Assembly: GCA_026416055.1 (NCBI GenBank)
Contig: JAOAFX010000003.1
Span: 589 to 64,588 of the forward strand
Origin: a candidate division WOR-3 bacterium
GTDB taxonomy: Bacteria > Hydrothermota > Tepidihabitantia > SM23-42 > JAOAFX01
Direction: 5' to 3'
Length of the DNA stretch: 64,000 bases
Part shown: positions 1 through 8,726 of the stretch, in pieces
How positions within the stretch are numbered: the first letter of the stretch is position 1
Layout of the letters: each line of letters starts with the position of its first letter
Notes under the pieces: model-generated
Database searches by the model: none
Told to the model about the DNA's origin: nothing
Seen by the model: only the letters and a program-made list of their open reading frames with translations
Program-made: the position numbers and the translations under genes

Positions 1-621
1 CAAGGATTGTATCACCGGCGTGCAAAAGATAACTCCTGAATGGTTCAAGGACGAATATTGCATCGACCTTCTTGCTCGGTAAGGCAGTAATCAATTCATC
101 ATAACTTAAAGGCACTTTTGTATACTTTGTGAGCTTTTCAATCGCTAAATTTGGAGCAATCAAATCGAAAAGGTAAGATTCTTCGTTCAAATATCCAATT
201 TTCTTTCCATTAAGATCCTTCAGAAATTTTATCTTCGTACCCTTGGGAATAATGATTGCGTCGGCAATACCTTTAAATGTAATAGAACCGATTGCCTTTA
301 CTGTATCACCATTGATACTCGGTGATATCAACAGTTTATACCAGGGTACCGCACATACCTCATATTCCTTTTTCATCAAACCTTCAAGCGGATCGCCACT
401 GATATTTACAAACTCCGGTGCTACTTTCTCAATGCTAAAATAGCGTCGGGTAGTGTCAATTCTGGCAACGTGAAAAGGCAGCCCGCCAAAGAATTTGTCA
501 ACACCGATACGGACTTTAACCGGTTGTGCCTCTTTATACTGGGGATAACCCACAACAAATAATAGAACGACAAGACCAATGAATATCAAAATGTTGAGAA
601 TGGTTTCTGTGGTCTTTGTAT
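1..621 (-). CDS. ABC transporter substrate-binding protein (NMT1/SsuA/TauA-like), partial. The C-terminus runs off the window start.
   Basis: The reverse-strand translation begins MNTKTTETILNILIFIGLVVLLFVVGYPQYKEAQPVKVRIGVDKFFGG... and continues open to position 1. It is not in the ORF track because it has no stop. AAGGAG lies 6 nt upstream of the ATG at 621. The N-terminal TM/signal segment and overall composition are typical of NitT/TauT-family binding proteins. Confidence 0.55.
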
Positions 622-1851
622 TCATTTCTTCTCCTTTAATTTTAATACCTTGTCAGCCCTCTGAAGATATTCAAAAGACTTCTTTGTATCACCTATCTCA
701 CGATATACGTAGGCAAGATTTGTTAACACATCAACATTTTCAGGCTCTAAAGGAAGTGCTTTTTCTTCATATATTTCTATAGCCTTCTTAAAATTCTTCT
801 CCTGCGAATAGGTCACCCCGATGTAGAACCATGCCGGGAAATCATCATGTTTTAATTCAACCACCTTTTCAAAGTATTTCCTTGCCTCATTCCATTTACC
901 CATCCGGATTAAAATCTCACCAACGAAAAACAAAACATCAATATCATCGGGAATGAATTCTGAAGCTTTAGTAAGATTCTTCAGTGCGAGGGTATCATTC
1001 TTTAAGTTAAGGTGAATGATACCCACAAGATAATAGCTCCGGCCTAATCCCTCATTTACCTTGACAAACTTTTCTACATTCTTTTCTTGTGCAGATAAAC
1101 CACCATCATGACCGAGTTTTACTTTAATAAACTGGTCAAGCTCGTCTTTCTTTTCTCCTTTCCATAACCTTATCAATTCTCCGGCCAGCGATTGCTGAAA
1201 TTCTACATTCTTAAAGAGTAGATTCTTCAACTTTGTGTATTCACCTTCATGTGATTTAATAGAGTTACCAAGATAGAAAAATGCTGAATCGTATGCCTGC
1301 TTGTCAAAATATGCACGACCAATGAAATAGTTTGCTTCAGCATTTTCTTTATCAAATTCAAGAATTTTGAAAAAGATCTTCAGTGCCTTTTCTTTCTCAC
1401 CGGTGTCTATATAGATATTTCCTTCCAGTATATACTGGCTTGGATTTTCTGGATCGAGCTTTTTGGCAAAATTTAAATTAACGAGTGCAACCTCATATTT
1501 TTTATCTAAATAAGCCTTGTACCCTGTACTGTAAAACACACGCCAGTATGCAGAGACATTCCTTCCATTTTCATCACCTTTTAGCCATTTTATTGTGGCC
1601 AAAGAATCTTTGTTAAAAGCTTTCTGGAAGGCCGCACTTGCTTCCTCGTAGTTGTCAAGACCAAGTTCGGCTTTACCCAGAAGGCAATATGCTTCATAAT
1701 CATCAGGTGCTATTTTTATCCCTTCAAGCGCCTGCTCCTTTGCCCGTTGATAATCTTGTTGGGCAATATATATCTTACAGGCATTCTTCCACGTCGGTGG
1801 ACATCCTAAAAAAAACAAAACAGTAAAAGGCAGTATGAAATATTTTTTCAT
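622..1851 (-). CDS. TPR-repeat lipoprotein
   Basis: The N-terminus is MKKYFILPFTVLFFLGC, a signal peptide with a lipobox Cys. TPR-like helical repeats run throughout. The stop abuts the downstream substrate-binding-protein gene. Confidence 0.7.
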   Translation of the reverse strand: MKKYFILPFTVLFFLGCPPTWKNACKIYIAQQDYQRAKEQALEGIKIAPDDYEAYCLLGKAELGLDNYEEASAAFQKAFNKDSLATIKWLKGDENGRNVSAYWRVFYSTGYKAYLDKKYEVALVNLNFAKKLDPENPSQYILEGNIYIDTGEKEKALKIFFKILEFDKENAEANYFIGRAYFDKQAYDSAFFYLGNSIKSHEGEYTKLKNLLFKNVEFQQSLAGELIRLWKGEKKDELDQFIKVKLGHDGGLSAQEKNVEKFVKVNEGLGRSYYLVGIIHLNLKNDTLALKNLTKASEFIPDDIDVLFFVGEILIRMGKWNEARKYFEKVVELKHDDFPAWFYIGVTYSQEKNFKKAIEIYEEKALPLEPENVDVLTNLAYVYREIGDTKKSFEYLQRADKVLKLKEKK

Positions 1852-1949
1852 TTTTTGCCTCCTTCAAGGGTATTCTATTCAAAATATTGACAAAGTCAAT
1901 AGTAAATTTCACTCTTGATTTTTTAAAATTTATGTATATATTTAAATAA

Positions 1950-3137
1950 ATGGTTTATAATCTCGGACGAACCTGGGCAGAAATCGAACTCGACCACCTG
2001 AGAAACAACTATGAAATCATAAAAAAGAAGGTCAGGAACAAAAAGATTATGGCCGCGATAAAGGCTGATGCCTATGGTCACGGGGCGGTTGAAGTAGCAA
2101 AGACACTTCAAAAACTCGGCGTCGAGATGTTCGGCGTCGCAAGTGCTGAGGAGGGGATTGAATTAAGACTTGCCGGTATAAAATCAAAGATCGTTATTCT
2201 CAGTCCCCTTCTTGATGAACAGATTGAAATCTGTTTGGAATATAATCTTATCCCCACCATATCTGAATTATCGTTTTTTGAAGCCCTTAATAACCGTTTA
2301 AATAAGCATAAAAGACCGATGCTCGTACATATTGAAGTAGATACCGGTATGACCCGAACCGGTTTTCCCTATGATAAGACGATCGATGCTATCATGAAAA
2401 TTGCTGGTTCACCATATATAAAAATTGAAGGCATTTTTTCGCACTTTCCGCTGGCAGAATCGGATGGTGTTTTCTCGCAGCAACAGATAAAGAAACTTAC
2501 AGCATTGTTAAATCAATTGAAACATTTGAAAATAAGGCCTAAATTTTTCCACCTTGCTAATTCTTCCGGTATTTTTCGTTATCCCCAATCCCATTTCAAT
2601 CTTGTCCGGCCAGGTATCGCGCTTTACGGTCTCAGGTCATCGCCAGAAATAGAATATGGCAGTGGTTTCCAACCGGTGCTGAGTCTGAAGTCAAGAATTG
2701 TTAATATCCGGACTGTGCCTAAAAATACTCCTATCAGCTATGGCCATACATACCGCACCAGAAGGAAAAGCCGGATTGCCACTGTCAGTGTCGGTTATGG
2801 AGACGGTTACCCAAGGTTACTTTCAAATAATGCAGAGGTACTCTGCCATGGCAGAAGAATAAAAGTTGTTGGTGCAATATGTATGGATTTAATGATGATA
2901 GATGTGACAGATGTGCCCGAGGCCAATCTCGGTGATATCGTGACCCTTATAGGAAAAGACGGCAAGGAAGAAATTCGTGCCGAAGAACTGGCACAGAAAT
3001 GCAATACGATTGTCTATGAGATAACCTCAGGCATTGGACCAAGGGTTGCTCGGGTATTTAAAGATAAAGGTAAAATTCTGGGTATAAGAGATTTGTTAGG
3101 CAGGTGGAAGAATTATATAAGGCAGGGAACTAAATAA
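1950..3137 (+). CDS. alr: alanine racemase
   Basis: The PLP-binding motif AAIKADAYGHG is present. The N-terminus RTWAEIELDHLRNN matches the conserved Alr start. Length is 395 aa. Confidence 0.9.
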   Translation: MVYNLGRTWAEIELDHLRNNYEIIKKKVRNKKIMAAIKADAYGHGAVEVAKTLQKLGVEMFGVASAEEGIELRLAGIKSKIVILSPLLDEQIEICLEYNLIPTISELSFFEALNNRLNKHKRPMLVHIEVDTGMTRTGFPYDKTIDAIMKIAGSPYIKIEGIFSHFPLAESDGVFSQQQIKKLTALLNQLKHLKIRPKFFHLANSSGIFRYPQSHFNLVRPGIALYGLRSSPEIEYGSGFQPVLSLKSRIVNIRTVPKNTPISYGHTYRTRRKSRIATVSVGYGDGYPRLLSNNAEVLCHGRRIKVVGAICMDLMMIDVTDVPEANLGDIVTLIGKDGKEEIRAEELAQKCNTIVYEITSGIGPRVARVFKDKGKILGIRDLLGRWKNYIRQGTK

Positions 3138-3150
3138 AAAGGAGGTTAGT

Positions 3151-4176
3151 ATGAAGCGTTTGGCTCTGCTTCTAATTTTTGTCTCCATATTCGCACAGGA
3201 GACAACCCATACCGTGAAACCAGGGGACACCCTCTGGGATATTGCCGGATTTTACTATCAGAATCCCTTTTTGTGGCCATACATATGGCGGGCAAATCTA
3301 ACCAAGATTGAAGACCCACACTGGATTTATCCAGACGAGGTTTTCGTAATACCACCAGCTCCTGAAGAAACACTGGGGGTAGTACCTGAAGTCCCGCCTG
3401 AAGCACCACCAGAAGTCGTTCCCGAGGTCTATACCTATGCTCCGACTCCAACCAAAAAAGTAGCTGAAGTTGTTTCAGTCGTCAAACCAGAGGAGCGTAT
3501 TTTCAGCGAAGATTTAATACATCGAGCTGGTTTCATACTCACCGAGGACTTGCCGTACTGGGGCAGGATTACCGGAACTGAACCTGCTGATGAAAAAAAT
3601 ATTACTGCTTATAAAACGATATATATTGATCGGGCAAAGGATGTAAAAAAAGGAGATATCCTGACCATTTACCGACATGGTAAAGATATTAAACATCCAA
3701 AAACCGGTGCCTTTCTGGGTAAAGAGATAATTGTGCTGGGTAGGGCTGAAATCGATGAAATTGGTGAACAGGGCTCAAGGTGTAAAGTGATAGATTCTTA
3801 TGAGATAATTAAAAAAGGCGATTTTGTCACTCCTTATCATCCCCAGCTTGGACCTGAGAATGTCACTTTTGTCCCTGCAACTAAACAAATTGAAGGTTAT
3901 GTAGTAGAGGTGAAGACCTACAAGACTCAGACAACTCCGCCACATGTCTTTGTTTATATAGACCAGGGCGAGAATTCTGGAGTTGCAGTTGGCGATATAT
4001 TTGATGTATATCAGGAACGGGTTGTTGGTGGTAAGAAGATGCCTGATTATACAATTGCCCGGGTTCAGATAGTTAGTATATTTGAAAGGGCATCAATTGG
4101 TTTATTGAGATGGGAAGAGAAAGTTCCAACTGTAAAACGTGGTGAAAAGTGCCGTCTGGTAATGGAGGCACGGTAA
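3151..4176 (+). CDS. secreted LysM-domain protein with a Pro-rich linker and two C-terminal beta-rich repeats
   Basis: A signal peptide MKRLALLLIFVSIFA is followed by the LysM signature HTVKPGDTLWDIAGFYYQNP...YPDEVFVIP. There is a PEVPPEAPPEVVPEV linker. The SD sequence AAGGAGG lies upstream. Confidence 0.75.
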   Translation: MKRLALLLIFVSIFAQETTHTVKPGDTLWDIAGFYYQNPFLWPYIWRANLTKIEDPHWIYPDEVFVIPPAPEETLGVVPEVPPEAPPEVVPEVYTYAPTPTKKVAEVVSVVKPEERIFSEDLIHRAGFILTEDLPYWGRITGTEPADEKNITAYKTIYIDRAKDVKKGDILTIYRHGKDIKHPKTGAFLGKEIIVLGRAEIDEIGEQGSRCKVIDSYEIIKKGDFVTPYHPQLGPENVTFVPATKQIEGYVVEVKTYKTQTTPPHVFVYIDQGENSGVAVGDIFDVYQERVVGGKKMPDYTIARVQIVSIFERASIGLLRWEEKVPTVKRGEKCRLVMEAR

Positions 4177-4640
4177 TGAAAGAGAAAGAAGCATTAAGCC
4201 AGGTATACCTTTTCCGGGAGTTGACCCCGAGCGAGATGGACATCCTCTTATCCATCTCGAAGGAAAAGCGGGTGAAAAAGAATGAAGTTATTTTCAAAGA
4301 AGGTGATATCGGTGATGCGTTTTACCTCATCGTCTCGGGCAGTGTGAGAATTTCTACTATCGTGCCTGGTGTAGGAGAAGAAGCGCTGACAATCCTTCGA
4401 GAAGGCGAGTACTTTGGCGAGATGGCGTTGATTGATGATGCACCCCGTTCTGCATCAGCAATTGCCAATGATGATACAATCCTTCTGATGATAGAAAAAG
4501 AAGATTTTCGCCGACTCCTTGCACAGGATACAGGTATTGCCTATAAATTACTCTGGGTTTTCACCCGAACACTTTCAGCACGATTAAGAAAGACTGACGA
4601 GCAATTAAAGAGCATATTTGCTATCGCAAAGACATTTTAA
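4176..4640 (+). CDS. stand-alone cyclic-nucleotide-binding (CAP effector-type) domain protein
   Basis: The signature FKEGDIGDAFYLIVSGSVRIS...GEYFGEMALIDDAPRSASAIA is present. I chose the ATG at 4176, preceded by GGAGG and overlapping the LysM stop, over the earlier track start. No DNA-binding domain is present. Confidence 0.75.
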   Translation: MKEKEALSQVYLFRELTPSEMDILLSISKEKRVKKNEVIFKEGDIGDAFYLIVSGSVRISTIVPGVGEEALTILREGEYFGEMALIDDAPRSASAIANDDTILLMIEKEDFRRLLAQDTGIAYKLLWVFTRTLSARLRKTDEQLKSIFAIAKTF

Positions 4641-4684
4641 AAAGGGGTGAGGAACTCGCCGGATAGAAAAAATATAGATCTCAA

Positions 4685-5008
4685 ATGGGAAAGGTAGTCG
4701 TCTTATTGCTTGCCCTGTCCCTCATCGTTGAAAGGGTAACAGAAAAAATTTTATATCTTTTTCCTGATATGAAAAAACGATTGTTCGCCCGGATAGTGAG
4801 CACTGCGCTTGGAGTTATCATTGCCTTTTCCTTTAATTTTGGATTTATAAGAGAACTGGGATTGATAGCAGGTTCAAACCTGGCGCATTCGATTGACTGT
4901 ATTATAACCGGTTTGCTCATTGCCTGTGGTAGTGAGCCCATACATTCGATAGTCGATGGCCTTGCATATAGAAAAGAAGAATTGAAGAGGAAGGCGAAGA
5001 ATGTTTGA
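4685..5008 (+). CDS. small three-TM membrane protein, hypothetical
   Basis: Three hydrophobic helices are predicted. It overlaps the next gene by 8 bp. No family was recognised. Confidence 0.4.
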   Translation: MGKVVVLLLALSLIVERVTEKILYLFPDMKKRLFARIVSTALGVIIAFSFNFGFIRELGLIAGSNLAHSIDCIITGLLIACGSEPIHSIVDGLAYRKEELKRKAKNV

Positions 5009-8000
5009 AATATTTGCTGGAAAAGATCCCCAGAAAGCATATCAACGTGCTCAGGAGTATTTAAGGGAGGGTAAAATAACTTCTGCCATAAAGGTTCTGG
5101 AGGACAATCTTACTGAAACTGAAGAATCATTTCCTTTGTACCTTGAACTCGCACGCCTTTATTTTGAAAATCAACAGAGGGCAGAAGCGGTTGAAACATT
5201 GAAGACGGCGCATACGCTATATCCTGCCCGGGTTGATGAAATCATCGGCCTTCTATCTGATTATTTTTTCCGTTATACATCAATTGATGCCGGTGATTTT
5301 CTCCTTCAATTATACACATCACAAGAAGAATATGACGAATTATTTAAAGTTCTACGGGCATTCAATGAGCGAGAAGTGAAATTACTCATAAACCGTTATG
5401 AAAAGCTGAAACAGAATATTGTAGCAAAAAAAGTTTTTTCAAAAAGGGATTTTGAAAACCTTATCATCTATGGAACGATAATCTTCACATTCCAGGAAAG
5501 TAAATTGGCACTTGATAATATAGAATTTCTGTTAGAAACTGAAGGATTTCAGAAACAACTTTTAAGCTGGGCAAGGGCAATATCACGAGAGCGATTCAAT
5601 GACCCTTATGCAGCACTCCTTTTACTTAAAACCGAAGCCCATGCCGGACATGTGCCTGAAGTCCTTAATCAGGCACAGCGTATTTACGAAAAATTTCCGG
5701 ATTTCATCGACCCTCTGCTCGATACACTCGTCTCTATCCATCCGCCCCAGGATTTAGAATCGACCTACACTCAATTCATTACCGAACTGTATGTTAAAAA
5801 AGGAGACCTTGATGCCTCTCTGGCGAGGCTGGAGGGAATGCTAAAAAAGGATCCTTCAAAGATTGATGATGTAATTAAAACACTGCGTGAACTCCAGCGA
5901 ATAAATCCCAAAAATTTAAAAGTCTTATTCAACCTCGCCGATAACCTGCTCAATGCTGGAAGGATATCACTGGCGATAACCGAATTTGACAAGATTCTTG
6001 AAATTGACCCTGATCAATATCAAGAAGTGATGCTGAGATACGAGCGGGCATTTGAGAAAGAACCGAATAACCCGCTGGTCATTCAAGGGCTGGTAAATTT
6101 TTATTTGAAACAAAGAAAGATTGATGAGGCAGTCCAGGTAATCGACCGTGCATATAAAATTGACCGGGGATTGCTTGATGAATATCTCCAGAATTTGAAC
6201 CTTATTTTAGAGCAAGCACCGGAACATTATCATGGCCTGTACTTGCTTGGTCTATGCTATAGTCACAAAGGTGAAGAGGATAACGCAGCAATCATTTTTG
6301 AAAAACTTCTCGAAGATAAAAAATTTGACCTTGTTGATAAGGCACTCGATGAAATTTTAAGAATCCATCCGGACAATCCCGTCTATCTTGTATTGAAGGC
6401 AAAGACGCTCATCAATTTGAATAAAGATACCGAAGGATTTGAGTTGCTCCAGAAACACATTAATGAAGAAAATATTATCACCTTTGTTCCAATACTTGAC
6501 ACGATACTAAACCATAAACCAGAACTTTCAAAAGAGATACTTGGCATTTATACGAGATTTCGTGACAAAGAACCAGTGATATTCGATATTGCCCTTGCAC
6601 GCGGATACGCTTACGCAGGAGAATATGAAAAGGCTGTAAAGAAGTTTGAAGAACTTCTTTACAGAGAAGAAGAGAAAGACACCGCTAAGCGGGCACTGAT
6701 TGAAGTAATAAAAGAAAGACCAAAGGCAGTCCCCCTCCTTCTTACTGCTGCACGCACGTTTTTAAAGGATGGTGAAATTGAAATAGCCACCCAGTTTTTC
6801 AAGACCGCCCAGCTGGTTGATCCCAAGGCATTTTTTGAAATCATTGACGAGTTTTATGATACATTAAAGGCTTTTCCTAAAGACCGTGAAGTATGGATAT
6901 TACTCATTGATACATTCTTCAACCGGAAATTATACGATCGGGTAATTGAAGAGGCAAAAAGAGCAATAGAGGTCTTCGGTAATCAGGCACAATACTTTCA
7001 TCTCAAACTCGGACAGGCATATGTTGAGAGCGGAAATCTGAGCGACGGTGTCAGACCGCTTATGCTTGCCCTTGATGGTGATACTGATTACTCAGCAGAA
7101 GTTATAAGCTATCTCGATAAAATCCTCGCAGTTGACAAGAGCAATGTCCCCGCCCACTTTGCACGGGGCAGGGCACTGGCAAGGGCAAAAAGAATTGATG
7201 AAGCAGTAGAAGAATACCTCTTAACAGCCAGGATTGTGCCGGCACGGGCTGAGTATGTGCTTGATGAATTAAAAACTCTCTCGGCCAAATCTATTGCCAA
7301 TCCCAAGGTGATATTTGCAATGGGAGTAATTGAATTGAATTTAAAGAAATATGCCGAAGGTATAAGACATCTCGTTCAAGCCTGTGAGCTTGACAACGCC
7401 CTTGTGGCTCGTGTTTTACCGCTCTTAGAAAAATTAAATACCCAGATGCCATCACCACTGCTCTCTTTCAATCTGGCGCGTGTTTACCATCTTGCCAATT
7501 TAAAATCATCGGCAATAAAATTTTTCATTGAAGCCCAGGAAAAGGAACCGGCATTCCGCGAACCTGCAATAACAGAAATGAAGAGGATTTGTAGTGAAGA
7601 ACCACAAGATGTTGAAGCGAGAAAAGGCCTGGCGCAGATCTATCTGAATTACAACAATCTTGAGGATGCATTATATACAACTGAAGAAGTCTTCAATATT
7701 GACAAAAATGAGACTCCATGGGTAAAAGGATTTCTGATGCAGATCCTTTCAAAAAATTCAAATCACATTCCTTCTTATTATTTCCTCGGCCGATTATTCA
7801 TCTATGAAGAAAATTATAGCAAAGCAGTCGAAATATACAAAAAACTTGCAGAAATTGCACCTCAGGAAATACCCACAATCATTGAAACACTCAGCCCGAT
7901 ATGTGAAAAATCAGATGAACTGATATATTACACAGGGATATTATATAAAGAAATTGGCGAGTTCAACCGGACGGTAGGGTTGTTCAAAAAAATATTTGAT

Positions 8001-8726
8001 AGAAACCCTGAATTTGCTGATAAATTGGTCGCCCACTTAAAAGAAATTACGATAAAAAATGAAAAAATGATTCCGGCCTTCTTACTTCTGAGTGAGATTT
8101 ATGCGTTTAAAAAAGAATACGAAACCGCGATTGAATTCTTGAAGAAAGTAGAAAAACTTGTGCCTCAGAGAAGAGAAGAAATTCTTTTGAAAAAGGGGCT
8201 TTTATATTTTGAAAAAGGCGATATTAACCAGACCGTTGCATTATATGCCAATCTTCTACAGGAAGCAAAAGATCGGAGTGTCGTATATAAAACGATTAAG
8301 AAGATTAGAGATGATTATTTTAATAGAAGATTGAAAGAAATCGCAGGCAATTCAGATGAAGACCGATTGTTAAGGGCTGATATTTATCTTTCGTTGAACC
8401 GAATAAAGGATGCAGAAATAGAATTACAGGCACTGAGCCCGGACGCAGCACGTCAGCGTAATTCTATAATCTTGAAATCAAAACTTTTACTTAAAAAGAA
8501 TCAACCTGTTGATGCCCTCGAGGTTTTGAGGAAACTACCGGTTGATAAAGAGACAGCAATGCTCTATGCAGAGATTTACGAGACACTTGGTGCATATGCA
8601 ACGGCAGCGGGCATTTTGAAATCTTTAGGGGATGATTCTTTATTCCCTGCAATTGAAAAATATGAAAGACTGGCACAGGAGCGGCGTCTGGGAAGGGGAA
8701 GGTATCTTATTGAAGGGAGGATTTGA
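5001..8726 (+). CDS. giant cytoplasmic TPR-repeat protein (1241 aa)
   Basis: AGGAAGG precedes the ATG. The whole length is TPR-like helical hairpins with no signal peptide. It overlaps the next gene by ATGA. Confidence 0.7.
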   Translation: MFEIFAGKDPQKAYQRAQEYLREGKITSAIKVLEDNLTETEESFPLYLELARLYFENQQRAEAVETLKTAHTLYPARVDEIIGLLSDYFFRYTSIDAGDFLLQLYTSQEEYDELFKVLRAFNEREVKLLINRYEKLKQNIVAKKVFSKRDFENLIIYGTIIFTFQESKLALDNIEFLLETEGFQKQLLSWARAISRERFNDPYAALLLLKTEAHAGHVPEVLNQAQRIYEKFPDFIDPLLDTLVSIHPPQDLESTYTQFITELYVKKGDLDASLARLEGMLKKDPSKIDDVIKTLRELQRINPKNLKVLFNLADNLLNAGRISLAITEFDKILEIDPDQYQEVMLRYERAFEKEPNNPLVIQGLVNFYLKQRKIDEAVQVIDRAYKIDRGLLDEYLQNLNLILEQAPEHYHGLYLLGLCYSHKGEEDNAAIIFEKLLEDKKFDLVDKALDEILRIHPDNPVYLVLKAKTLINLNKDTEGFELLQKHINEENIITFVPILDTILNHKPELSKEILGIYTRFRDKEPVIFDIALARGYAYAGEYEKAVKKFEELLYREEEKDTAKRALIEVIKERPKAVPLLLTAARTFLKDGEIEIATQFFKTAQLVDPKAFFEIIDEFYDTLKAFPKDREVWILLIDTFFNRKLYDRVIEEAKRAIEVFGNQAQYFHLKLGQAYVESGNLSDGVRPLMLALDGDTDYSAEVISYLDKILAVDKSNVPAHFARGRALARAKRIDEAVEEYLLTARIVPARAEYVLDELKTLSAKSIANPKVIFAMGVIELNLKKYAEGIRHLVQACELDNALVARVLPLLEKLNTQMPSPLLSFNLARVYHLANLKSSAIKFFIEAQEKEPAFREPAITEMKRICSEEPQDVEARKGLAQIYLNYNNLEDALYTTEEVFNIDKNETPWVKGFLMQILSKNSNHIPSYYFLGRLFIYEENYSKAVEIYKKLAEIAPQEIPTIIETLSPICEKSDELIYYTGILYKEIGEFNRTVGLFKKIFDRNPEFADKLVAHLKEITIKNEKMIPAFLLLSEIYAFKKEYETAIEFLKKVEKLVPQRREEILLKKGLLYFEKGDINQTVALYANLLQEAKDRSVVYKTIKKIRDDYFNRRLKEIAGNSDEDRLLRADIYLSLNRIKDAEIELQALSPDAARQRNSIILKSKLLLKKNQPVDALEVLRKLPVDKETAMLYAEIYETLGAYATAAGILKSLGDDSLFPAIEKYERLAQERRLGRGRYLIEGRI